From a virus (lineage: Duplodnaviria > Caudoviricetes): a stretch of 64,000 nt of DNA. Location: the IMG/VR virus record IMGVR_UViG_3300001525_000272, positions 1 to 64,000 of that record. The stretch is one strand, 5' to 3'. The notes beneath the pieces were generated by a model, which worked only from the letters and a program-made list of their open reading frames with translations, was not told the origin of the DNA and ran no database searches. Of this stretch, positions 19,468-27,493 are shown piece after piece (within the stretch, counting starts at the first letter, position 1; each line of letters begins with the position of its first letter). The position numbers were made by a program, and so were the translations under genes.

Positions 19468-21198
19468 ATGAAGCAAACCATTAAAATTAGTGAAAATTTT
19501 AGTAATAAACTTAGAGAGGGTGTTTCATCTGATCTTAAAGGTTATGTAGAAGTTGATGTTAAGAATATTAAGACTGGTGAGATTGAACATACAGAAAATC
19601 ATAACTTGATTGTTTATGGTGGTCGTGAATGGCTTCTCAAGAAAATGTTTGGTGGATTAATTAGCGATAACGAGAAAGCTACGAAAGGAATAATCAAATG
19701 GGTTGGTTTTGGAAGTGGTGGCGGAGAACCCGGAAATCCATTACAAACTGGATCTACAGTGGGTTCTGATGATGATCTTTATCAACCAGTTAGAATTAGA
19801 TTTGATTCTGACAATGTTTTGACTCAGAAGGGTTCTTATGCTTCAAGAATTCTTTCTGATGGATCAATTGTTCCGGGTTACTTTAAGAAGATTAGTAGTG
19901 TTACTCTTAAAGAAGATCATGCCAATCCATATGTTCAGGATAATGTAACTAAGTATCCTTCTCTTATTGCTGAACTTAGAATTGAATTATCATCTGATGA
20001 TTGTAATGGTGTCAATTATACAGATGATGGTAAATTGATTCCTTATCAGGATATTAATGAAATTGCATTGTTTATTGCAGATCCTGATGTTGATGATCCG
20101 GGTCAAAGTACTGAATATGATGAACTTTATTTGGATTTGAATAATTCAACTAATAAAACATTTGTACCCGGCACAATCCATGATAATGATGTAACGTATA
20201 ATGCTACAACCAGAATAAGAACAGTTGAAGCACCAATAGAAGATAATGCCTGGAGATTTCAAATTCAGATTACTAATAAGGCTTCTGGTATATTGGAATG
20301 GAAAGATGTAGATGAATATGCTGTTCCATTCAATAATTCATATACTGATCCTGATGATGAAACCAAATGGAAATCATTAATGGTAAAAGAAGTAACCACT
20401 GATGATGGTACTGGTAGAATTCTCAATTATAGTATTGATGGTGGTTTATCTTGGACTGATAATATAAATGGTCACTGGAAGTATACATTTCTTGAAGATG
20501 AAAGTGTTGCAACCAATGCCATACGTCTTTATCCCTGTGGAAAATATCTCATAGAATTTGAGAATAAAGTTCCGGATGTAGATCCAACTAGTGTTTATTA
20601 TGAACTTCAATATAGAAACTATTATAATGACCCCTGGAAAGTTATAAAGGGTGAGATGTTTGATAGTAAAGGTAAAACCGATTACATTACTTTGTATTGT
20701 GAATCAGTAGATGGTATCAGTGGAGGTAATAGATATCCACTTTCTGATTGTACCAGACTTAGTATGTTTAGAGTAAAAGAAACAACTAACACTGAAGGTG
20801 ATGTAACAATTAATTCCATGGAACCCGATAGTGTTTCTTATGATGTAAGATGTTATGTTTCTCAAAGTGAAGTATCAAAATTAAAAGTTGGTAATCTTGT
20901 TTATACCCCAGTAACTTCTGAATTTGGTGATAACTCAATTCCACAATCATCACCATTATTGATTACTGAAGTATATAATCCAGAAGTAGTTTCTCCTGAG
21001 ACAGCAACTTCTCATATTCCATATTTTGTGATAGAAAGACAGGGATCTGTAAGCGCTACTTATACTCCAGGAAAGATTATGAAGACTTATAGTCCTTCAA
21101 AAGAAAAACCGTATACGATGTTTAGTAGGGTATGTATATCCAGTTTAAGAAAAAGTGCAGAGCGCGAGATAGTTATTGTTTATAAGATATACGTATAA
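19468..21198 (+). CDS. Baseplate/tail-fibre attachment protein with a large internal insertion
   Basis: NHNLIVYGGREWL...WVGFGSGG...INEIALF and terminal MFSRVC...K...IVYKIY are the two halves of a fold common in myophage baseplate/fibre-base proteins. Confidence 0.55.
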   Translation: MKQTIKISENFSNKLREGVSSDLKGYVEVDVKNIKTGEIEHTENHNLIVYGGREWLLKKMFGGLISDNEKATKGIIKWVGFGSGGGEPGNPLQTGSTVGSDDDLYQPVRIRFDSDNVLTQKGSYASRILSDGSIVPGYFKKISSVTLKEDHANPYVQDNVTKYPSLIAELRIELSSDDCNGVNYTDDGKLIPYQDINEIALFIADPDVDDPGQSTEYDELYLDLNNSTNKTFVPGTIHDNDVTYNATTRIRTVEAPIEDNAWRFQIQITNKASGILEWKDVDEYAVPFNNSYTDPDDETKWKSLMVKEVTTDDGTGRILNYSIDGGLSWTDNINGHWKYTFLEDESVATNAIRLYPCGKYLIEFENKVPDVDPTSVYYELQYRNYYNDPWKVIKGEMFDSKGKTDYITLYCESVDGISGGNRYPLSDCTRLSMFRVKETTNTEGDVTINSMEPDSVSYDVRCYVSQSEVSKLKVGNLVYTPVTSEFGDNSIPQSSPLLITEVYNPEVVSPETATSHIPYFVIERQGSVSATYTPGKIMKTYSPSKEKPYTMFSRVCISSLRKSAEREIVIVYKIYV

Positions 21199-21218
21199 TT
21201 ATATCTTTCGTATTGTAC

Positions 21219-21265
21219 TAATTGTTCCTCTAAAGATTAAATTAAAATCTTTAGAGGAACAATTA
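21219..21265 (+). promoter_or_regulatory. 20-bp perfect hairpin occluding the RBS of the homing endonuclease gene
   Basis: Arms 21219-21238 (taattgttcctctaaagatt) and 21246-21265 (aatctttagaggaacaatta) are exact reverse complements with a 7-nt loop. The 3' arm contains GAGG 12-15 nt before ATG 21269. Confidence 0.7.
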
Positions 21266-21268
21266 TAC

Positions 21269-23317
21269 ATGAAAATTACATATCAAGAATTTATAGAAAT
21301 CAAAAAGAAATTTAATGGTCATCCAAATGCCTTTCTGTATTGGTTGAAAAAGAATTATACAGATCTTTATAACGAAATAATGAGTTATGGTGATTTTTAT
21401 AAGATAAGAAAACCAGATTTTAGTAATAAAATCGTTTGGTATTTTTTAAATATCCAAGATTATCCATTATGTAGTGTATGTGGGAAACAGATTACAATGT
21501 TACCTCGTATATCACAATTAGAAAACTATATAAAAAACCCAGAAATTATTAATTTGTGCAAAAGTCATTTCTATAGTAGTGATTATTATCAAAATAAAAT
21601 GAAACATATCTACTTAGAAAAATTCGGGGTAGATAATCCAAATAAACTTCAAAGTGTAAAAGATAAAGTTAAAAAAACTCTACATGAACATTTTGGTGAA
21701 GAAGGTTTTAAAAATCAAATAATAAGAGATAAGAAAAGAAATACTTGTTTGGAAAGATACGGAGTAGAATATTCTGCCCAAAGTTCAATAACAAAAAGTA
21801 AGATTAAAGAAACTTTTAATGAGAAATATAATGGTCATCCATTACGAATTCAAGAGTTTAAAGATAAAGTAAGACAAACATCTTTACAACACTTTGGTAC
21901 AGAACATTGGATGAAAAACAAAAGTATTATTGATAAAATAAAATCAACAACAAAATTGCATTATGGTTGTGAAAGTTATTTTCAAACAGATGAAGGTAAA
22001 AAACGATTAAAAGAAACCATGTTAGAAAAATATGGTGTTTCTAATATATCACAATCAGAAGAAAATAAACAAAAAATTAAACAGAGGAGTTTAGAACGAT
22101 TTGGTACAGAATCTCCATTCCAATCAGAAATAGTAAAAGATAAAATTAAACAATCTCTTCAAATTAAATATGGAGTAGATAATCCATCTCAAAATCCAGA
22201 AATTCATAAAAAACAAGTAGATTCAATATGTAAAGTAAAACGACATAATTCATATTTAAGTATGATAAATGATGATTCTAATGATGTTAAATTAATATCA
22301 TCAGAAGATGATTTTCATAAGTATTTTAATGGTGATATTGATCTGTTAAAATGGAAATGTAAACGTTGCGGAAATGAATTCTATTCAAGACGAGATACTA
22401 ATTTAGATGGTTTTGCGAGATGTTTTATATGTTACCCATATGAATCATCACATTCAGAGACAGATGTTTACAATTTCATAAAAGAATTAGATTCTGATAT
22501 TACTCGTCACAGAAGAGATATTATTAAAGGAAGAGAATTAGATATCTTTAGTTCAGCTAAAAATATAGCTATTGAATATAATGGGTTATATTGGCATTCT
22601 TCTGCGACTAATACAAATCCAAAATACCATTTAAAGAAAACTCAAGAATGTGAAGCAAAAGATATTCAGTTGATTCATATTTTTGAAGATGAATGGTTAT
22701 TCAAAAAAGACATTGTGGTGTCTCGATTATCAAACTTGTTTGGAAAATACTCTAATATTGTATATGCTAGAAATTGTATGATCAAAGAAATTACACACCA
22801 AGAATCTAAAATATTTCTTGAAATGAATCATATTCAGGGTGATTGTAAAAGTAAATATAATATTGGTTTGTTTTTCAATAATGAACTGATTTCTTTAATG
22901 ACTTTTGGACCTTACAGAAAAGCTCTTGGAAGAAGTAAAGTTGAAAATGAATATGAACTTCTTCGTTTTTGTAATAAGATTGGATATCACATTCCCGGTG
23001 CTGCTTCAAAATTACTTACGTATTTTGAAAGAACTTACAAACCCAATAAACTTATTTCATATGCAGATAGAAGATGGAGTAAAGGAAAATTATATAAAGC
23101 TCTTGGATTTCAATTCATTAGATATACGGATCCGAATTATTTCTATATAATCGGACATAAAAGAGAAAACAGATTCAAATGGAGAAAATCAGAATTGCCA
23201 AAATTACTAAGTGATGTAGATATGTCTTTGTCAGAAGAAAAAATCATGTATAATCACGGTTACTTCAAAATATATGACTGTGGAAATTATCTATTCGAAA
23301 AGACGTATAAATTATAA
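21269..23317 (+). CDS. Free-standing Hef-like homing endonuclease (helical repeats, Zn ribbon, PD-(D/E)xK, GNAT/Mom-like C-terminus)
   Basis: About nine ~23-aa K.K.T.xE(K/R)(Y/F)G repeats; CKRCG...CFICYP zinc ribbon; ELDIF...IAIEYNGLYWHS nuclease motif; ELLRFC...GAASKLL...ISYADRRWS.G.LY..LGF GNAT-like domain. Start moved to ATG 21269 because of the GAGG RBS. Confidence 0.8.
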   Translation: MKITYQEFIEIKKKFNGHPNAFLYWLKKNYTDLYNEIMSYGDFYKIRKPDFSNKIVWYFLNIQDYPLCSVCGKQITMLPRISQLENYIKNPEIINLCKSHFYSSDYYQNKMKHIYLEKFGVDNPNKLQSVKDKVKKTLHEHFGEEGFKNQIIRDKKRNTCLERYGVEYSAQSSITKSKIKETFNEKYNGHPLRIQEFKDKVRQTSLQHFGTEHWMKNKSIIDKIKSTTKLHYGCESYFQTDEGKKRLKETMLEKYGVSNISQSEENKQKIKQRSLERFGTESPFQSEIVKDKIKQSLQIKYGVDNPSQNPEIHKKQVDSICKVKRHNSYLSMINDDSNDVKLISSEDDFHKYFNGDIDLLKWKCKRCGNEFYSRRDTNLDGFARCFICYPYESSHSETDVYNFIKELDSDITRHRRDIIKGRELDIFSSAKNIAIEYNGLYWHSSATNTNPKYHLKKTQECEAKDIQLIHIFEDEWLFKKDIVVSRLSNLFGKYSNIVYARNCMIKEITHQESKIFLEMNHIQGDCKSKYNIGLFFNNELISLMTFGPYRKALGRSKVENEYELLRFCNKIGYHIPGAASKLLTYFERTYKPNKLISYADRRWSKGKLYKALGFQFIRYTDPNYFYIIGHKRENRFKWRKSELPKLLSDVDMSLSEEKIMYNHGYFKIYDCGNYLFEKTYKL

Positions 23318-23351
23318 TTATTTTTAAAATTCCTGTATTCTAGTACAGGTA

Positions 23352-23415
23352 CTCTTCATAGTATCAGTTATTAACAATCGGGGTTGGGTGGACGGGGAAC
23401 TGATACTATGAAGAG
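23352..23415. repeat. 18-bp perfect inverted repeat with a G-tract loop
   Basis: ctcttcatagtatcagtt (23352-23369) / aactgatactatgaagag (23398-23415); the 28-nt loop contains GGGG-TT-GGG-T-GG-AC-GGGG. Confidence 0.85.
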
Positions 23416-23452
23416 ATTCTTCTACACGAAAAAATTAAAAGGAGAATTTCAT

Positions 23453-23644
23453 ATGAAAAAGTTATTTTCGCTTATTATAATTACTGTTGCTTTAAATGGT
23501 TGTATTTTTAGACCAGATACAAATAACAATCAATCATATCATAATAACGATAATTCTGTTGTCTATGGTAGTAGTTTTAATGAAGAACATTATATATGGG
23601 AAAACTGGTCATTTACCACAAACAGAGTTGTTCAACCAAGATAA
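23453..23644 (+). CDS. Small lipoprotein (63 aa)
   Basis: GGAG RBS at 23441; MKKLFSLIIITVALNG-C is a type II signal peptide with lipobox. Confidence 0.6.
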   Translation: MKKLFSLIIITVALNGCIFRPDTNNNQSYHNNDNSVVYGSSFNEEHYIWENWSFTTNRVVQPR

Positions 23645-23667
23645 AAATTTTAAAAAGGAACTAATAC

Positions 23668-24423
23668 ATGAAATGGTTTGATCTTATTAATTTTGGACAT
23701 CTTCCTTTTAAATCTTCAGTTAAATCTGGTAATCAATATTATATTGAGAAATATAAGGATTTTGATGGAATCATTATGACTTATTATGGGTCAAATGATA
23801 AAGATGGTAATAGAGTTCTTATTGATGGTACAGTAACTCCATTGAAGATTGATAATAGACAATTGGCTGCTCCCACTGATCAACAAGGTAATAAACCACA
23901 TTGTGCTGGTTATAGTGTATGTAATTGGGCTGAAGCTGTATTATGGAAAAGAACTGGTAAACTTTATAATTTGGATGCAGATCAAGTTTATGCCAAAGCA
24001 AAACAACTTGATGGTGATGTAGATGGAGAAGGTACTTATCTTGAATGTGCAATCAAGGCAGCAATTCAACTTGGTGGTTTTGAAACCAAAAATCTGAAAA
24101 TTGATTTTGTATTCAATGATATGAATCAGACTACTATTGATACTATAAAGATGTTAGTACATAGATATGATTTTGTACATTGTGGTTTGAAGATTAATGA
24201 AGGTTGGTACAAATGTAATAACAAGAATTATGTTATTAAACCCAGTGGTAGAGATCTTGGTGGTCACGCAGTTTTGATTGTTGGTTATGATCAACAAGGT
24301 GTATATATTCAAAATTCCTGGGGTAAATCTTGGGGTGCCAATGGTTTTTGTATTTTACCTTGGGATGAATTCTTAAAAGAATTTATCTATGGTTGTTTCA
24401 TTACCGGTCTCTTCAATGAATAA
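23668..24423 (+). CDS. Papain-like cysteine peptidase (family C1)
   Basis: DQQGNKPHCAGYS (oxyanion Gln and catalytic Cys), GGHAVLIVGYD (His), IQNSWGKSWG.NGF (Asn). Confidence 0.85.
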   Translation: MKWFDLINFGHLPFKSSVKSGNQYYIEKYKDFDGIIMTYYGSNDKDGNRVLIDGTVTPLKIDNRQLAAPTDQQGNKPHCAGYSVCNWAEAVLWKRTGKLYNLDADQVYAKAKQLDGDVDGEGTYLECAIKAAIQLGGFETKNLKIDFVFNDMNQTTIDTIKMLVHRYDFVHCGLKINEGWYKCNNKNYVIKPSGRDLGGHAVLIVGYDQQGVYIQNSWGKSWGANGFCILPWDEFLKEFIYGCFITGLFNE

Positions 24424-24433
24424 TTAGAAAATT

Positions 24434-24661
24434 ATGCCAGAAAGAACTAAAGATGGTAAATGGAAATGGGGAAATATCAAACGAAAATCTCGTAAAGAAC
24501 TTTCCCAAACTGTTTACGGTATTTGGAAAGGTAATGGTTCAAAGGGTTCTTTCCATAACTTCTATCATTATGGAAACGGTTTTAAAACATCCAAAAATAA
24601 TAAAGTTAAGAAAGAATCCTATCAGTTAAATCCGTTATTGTATAGAAATATCTTTAATTGA
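24434..24661 (+). CDS. Small basic hypothetical protein
   Basis: 75-aa K/R/W/G-rich ORF filling the gap between the peptidase and terminase. Confidence 0.5.
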   Translation: MPERTKDGKWKWGNIKRKSRKELSQTVYGIWKGNGSKGSFHNFYHYGNGFKTSKNNKVKKESYQLNPLLYRNIFN

Positions 24662-24676
24662 AATTATTAGATTGTT

Positions 24677-26458
24677 ATGATTATAGATCAACTTAATAAT
24701 GATCAAGCTTATCAGCTTAGTGAGTATTTTAAGTGCAAAAATGATCTGATTTATTTTATAGAACATTGGGCTATGTTGCCTACTGCTGGTGGCGATGATC
24801 ACATCAAATTATATGATTTACAAAAGAAATATCTTCATCATATTCTTGAAAACCATCATACTATTATTTGTAAATCTCGTCAAGTTGGTGCATCTACAAT
24901 GAATCAATTTTTGTATGCTTGGATATGTACATTTTATGAAAATGTTGTTATTGGAGTAGTATCTCGTTCTGGTTCAGAATCAACTGATTTTGCTCGTAAA
25001 GTAATGGATATATTAGATAAGTTACCCAGTTGGTTAAGACCTGAATTTACTAAAAGAACAGAACAATCCTTCATTCTTAAAAATGGTTGTAAATTATATA
25101 CTGCAGCAATAAATCCATCTAATCCATCAAACTTATTAAGAGGTAAATCTCTGCATTGCCTCACAATAGATGAGTGTAGTTTTATTCCTTCAATCGACGT
25201 AGGAGCTGCTGCTATAATGCCAGCACTGTCAAAAGCGCAAAAAGACGCACGAGAAAGAGGTATCCCATACTGTACTACTATAATATCAACACCAAATAGA
25301 ACTACAGGTATCGGAAAATACTATTTCAATATGTGGAAAGATGCCATCAATGGTAATAGTATTTATAAACCATTCCAGATGTGGTGGAAAGATATTCCAG
25401 AATTTGCTGATGATCCGAACTGGTACAAAGAACAATGTGCTTTATTGGGAAATGTAAAATGGCGTATAGCACAAGAACTTGATTTACAATTTGTTGCTTC
25501 ATCAAATTCATTCTTTGATGCTGATATTATATCAAAGCTTAATACTATTGATGTTAAACCAATTTCAATTACTACTATTAATGGTCATGATCTTAAACAT
25601 TTTGCTGTACCGGACAAAAATAGATTCTATCTTATTGGTATAGATACAGCATCAAATTATGGTACAGATAGTTCTACTATTTGGGTTATGGATTATGAAA
25701 CCGGAGAACAAGTAGCAGAATTCCAATCCAAACTTAGAGTTGATGAATTTTGTCCCATTATCGAACAAGTATGTAAGATATTTCCAAATAACTTACTGAT
25801 TCCAGAATGTAACTCTTATGGTAATCAGGTATGTGAATACTTGACAAGAAAAGGCATCTATAATATCTATCAAACCAAATCAAAGAATAATGTTATTGGT
25901 TCTTCAAAAGGTAGTAAATATAGATATGGTTTATATACCAATCCAATGAATAGACCATTAATCATTGATGCTCTTTATACTGTAGTTTCAGAATCAATTG
26001 AGTGTGTCAAATCTGTTAATACAGCGCTTGAATTAGTATCATTGATTGATGATGGAAACGGAAAAGTTGCTGCTGATGAAGGTGAACATGATGACTTAGT
26101 AATGGCTTTTGCATTCTGTTGTTATGTTCGTCTGTATGATCCACCAAAAACACTTCTTTCAAAAACTTCAACTAAAGAAGAAAGAGAAACTATTGATGAT
26201 GTTGTTAATTGGAATAATGATGAAAATGGATTAGTCAATATAGCTCCAGAATTATCAAAAATGTATGATGAAGCCAATGAAGTTGATGATCCAATTAAAA
26301 AACAACAATTGTTAAATAAATCATATAGAAAATTTATTAGTACTAATTTTGATAGACTTATGGAACAAAGTGCTGATCAAAGATTAGACACACCACAAGG
26401 TTCGTATATCAATCTTATTGATATAATGAATGGTAAAAGAAATACTAGTTATTTCTAA
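24677..26458 (+). CDS. terL: Terminase large subunit (T4 gp17-like)
   Basis: ICKSRQVGAST (Walker A), LLRGKSLHCLTIDECSFI (Walker B), IISTPN, IGIDTA, EQVAEF, LLIPECNSYG, HDDLVMAFA nuclease motifs. Confidence 0.93.
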   Translation: MIIDQLNNDQAYQLSEYFKCKNDLIYFIEHWAMLPTAGGDDHIKLYDLQKKYLHHILENHHTIICKSRQVGASTMNQFLYAWICTFYENVVIGVVSRSGSESTDFARKVMDILDKLPSWLRPEFTKRTEQSFILKNGCKLYTAAINPSNPSNLLRGKSLHCLTIDECSFIPSIDVGAAAIMPALSKAQKDARERGIPYCTTIISTPNRTTGIGKYYFNMWKDAINGNSIYKPFQMWWKDIPEFADDPNWYKEQCALLGNVKWRIAQELDLQFVASSNSFFDADIISKLNTIDVKPISITTINGHDLKHFAVPDKNRFYLIGIDTASNYGTDSSTIWVMDYETGEQVAEFQSKLRVDEFCPIIEQVCKIFPNNLLIPECNSYGNQVCEYLTRKGIYNIYQTKSKNNVIGSSKGSKYRYGLYTNPMNRPLIIDALYTVVSESIECVKSVNTALELVSLIDDGNGKVAADEGEHDDLVMAFAFCCYVRLYDPPKTLLSKTSTKEERETIDDVVNWNNDENGLVNIAPELSKMYDEANEVDDPIKKQQLLNKSYRKFISTNFDRLMEQSADQRLDTPQGSYINLIDIMNGKRNTSYF

Positions 26459-26480
26459 AAATCTGCATTATATACTTTTT

Positions 26481-26495
26481 GAACAAACATTAAAG
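26481..26495 (+). promoter_or_regulatory. Putative phage late promoter (GAACAAACATTAAAG)
   Basis: Intergenic, 43 nt upstream of 26524 (HExxH gene and tape measure operon). Confidence 0.5.
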
Positions 26496-26523
26496 ATTTA
26501 ATGTATGTTTTGTAGATTATTTT

Positions 26524-27462
26524 ATGAGAAAAATTTCAACTTCTAAGGCCGTTAGTAAAGAGCTTAAAAAAGTATTTAATGAATCTATATCGATTCCAGA
26601 AGGTCTTGTTACTAATAGTGCCATCAGAGATCAATTTATCTCTTTGATGAGACAATCAAAAATTATACCATCAAATTATCTTTTACAAATTTGGAAGTTA
26701 ATTGATAGACAAGTTATTATTCCTGTCAATAATAAGAAACGTGGACTTCTTAGTTTTCTTAATAAAAGACTGAGTAAAACTTGTGTTCCCTTTAGTTATA
26801 GCGAGTATGATGGTACTATGGGATTCTATAGTGGTGTTTCAAATAGAATCTATATAATAGTTGATAACATCATGAAAGCGAAAAATTCTGCTGATGGTAT
26901 AACTACAACAGTAGTTCATGAACTTCAACATATGCAAGGACACAATTTCCCATCAGAATTTTTCAATCTTCACAAGCAATTGATATGTAATTTCTATAGC
27001 ACATTCTTCCGTATTATATGTGATAATAAGTTGAATGTTGATGATACTGCAGTTGAACATTATGCCAAATTCTTGATATATATGTTTGATGATATCTTTA
27101 GTAGTGCTGGTTCCATTGTCACTGATAATGATTTTCATTCATATAGAGATAAAGTGGCATTAATATATAGAGATAAAAAAGGTGGTATTCCTTCTGGTGG
27201 TATGAATATTGCTGAAGCTGTCACTGCTTGTGCTGAAAGTATGATTGATGGTACATTCTTTGATAGGGCTTCTAAAAATCCAAAATCCATAGAAAGATAT
27301 CTTTATATCGCCTATAGTATGACTTATAAAAAGATTGGTATGGATCCAAATAAGTTACATAGTTTCTTTGGACAAGAATGTATTGTTCCTACAGAAATAG
27401 TAGCTATGGTTCCTGCAATTAGAATTACACCAAATCTTTTTGCTTTCTTGAATAGACTTTAA
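26524..27462 (+). CDS. Putative zincin-type metallopeptidase (HExxH)
   Basis: GFYS...IYI...TTVVHELQH zincin signature; directly upstream of the tape measure gene. Confidence 0.55.
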   Translation: MRKISTSKAVSKELKKVFNESISIPEGLVTNSAIRDQFISLMRQSKIIPSNYLLQIWKLIDRQVIIPVNNKKRGLLSFLNKRLSKTCVPFSYSEYDGTMGFYSGVSNRIYIIVDNIMKAKNSADGITTTVVHELQHMQGHNFPSEFFNLHKQLICNFYSTFFRIICDNKLNVDDTAVEHYAKFLIYMFDDIFSSAGSIVTDNDFHSYRDKVALIYRDKKGGIPSGGMNIAEAVTACAESMIDGTFFDRASKNPKSIERYLYIAYSMTYKKIGMDPNKLHSFFGQECIVPTEIVAMVPAIRITPNLFAFLNRL

Positions 27463-27493
27463 TTTTTTAAATGACTAAGGATTTAGTTTTCTT

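Noticed and set aside
21269-21301. MKITYQEFIEI resembles the T4 internal-protein capsid-targeting sequence (MKTYQEFIAE-like)
   Set aside because: Single short match at the start of a homing endonuclease, with no processing-site context; probably coincidence.
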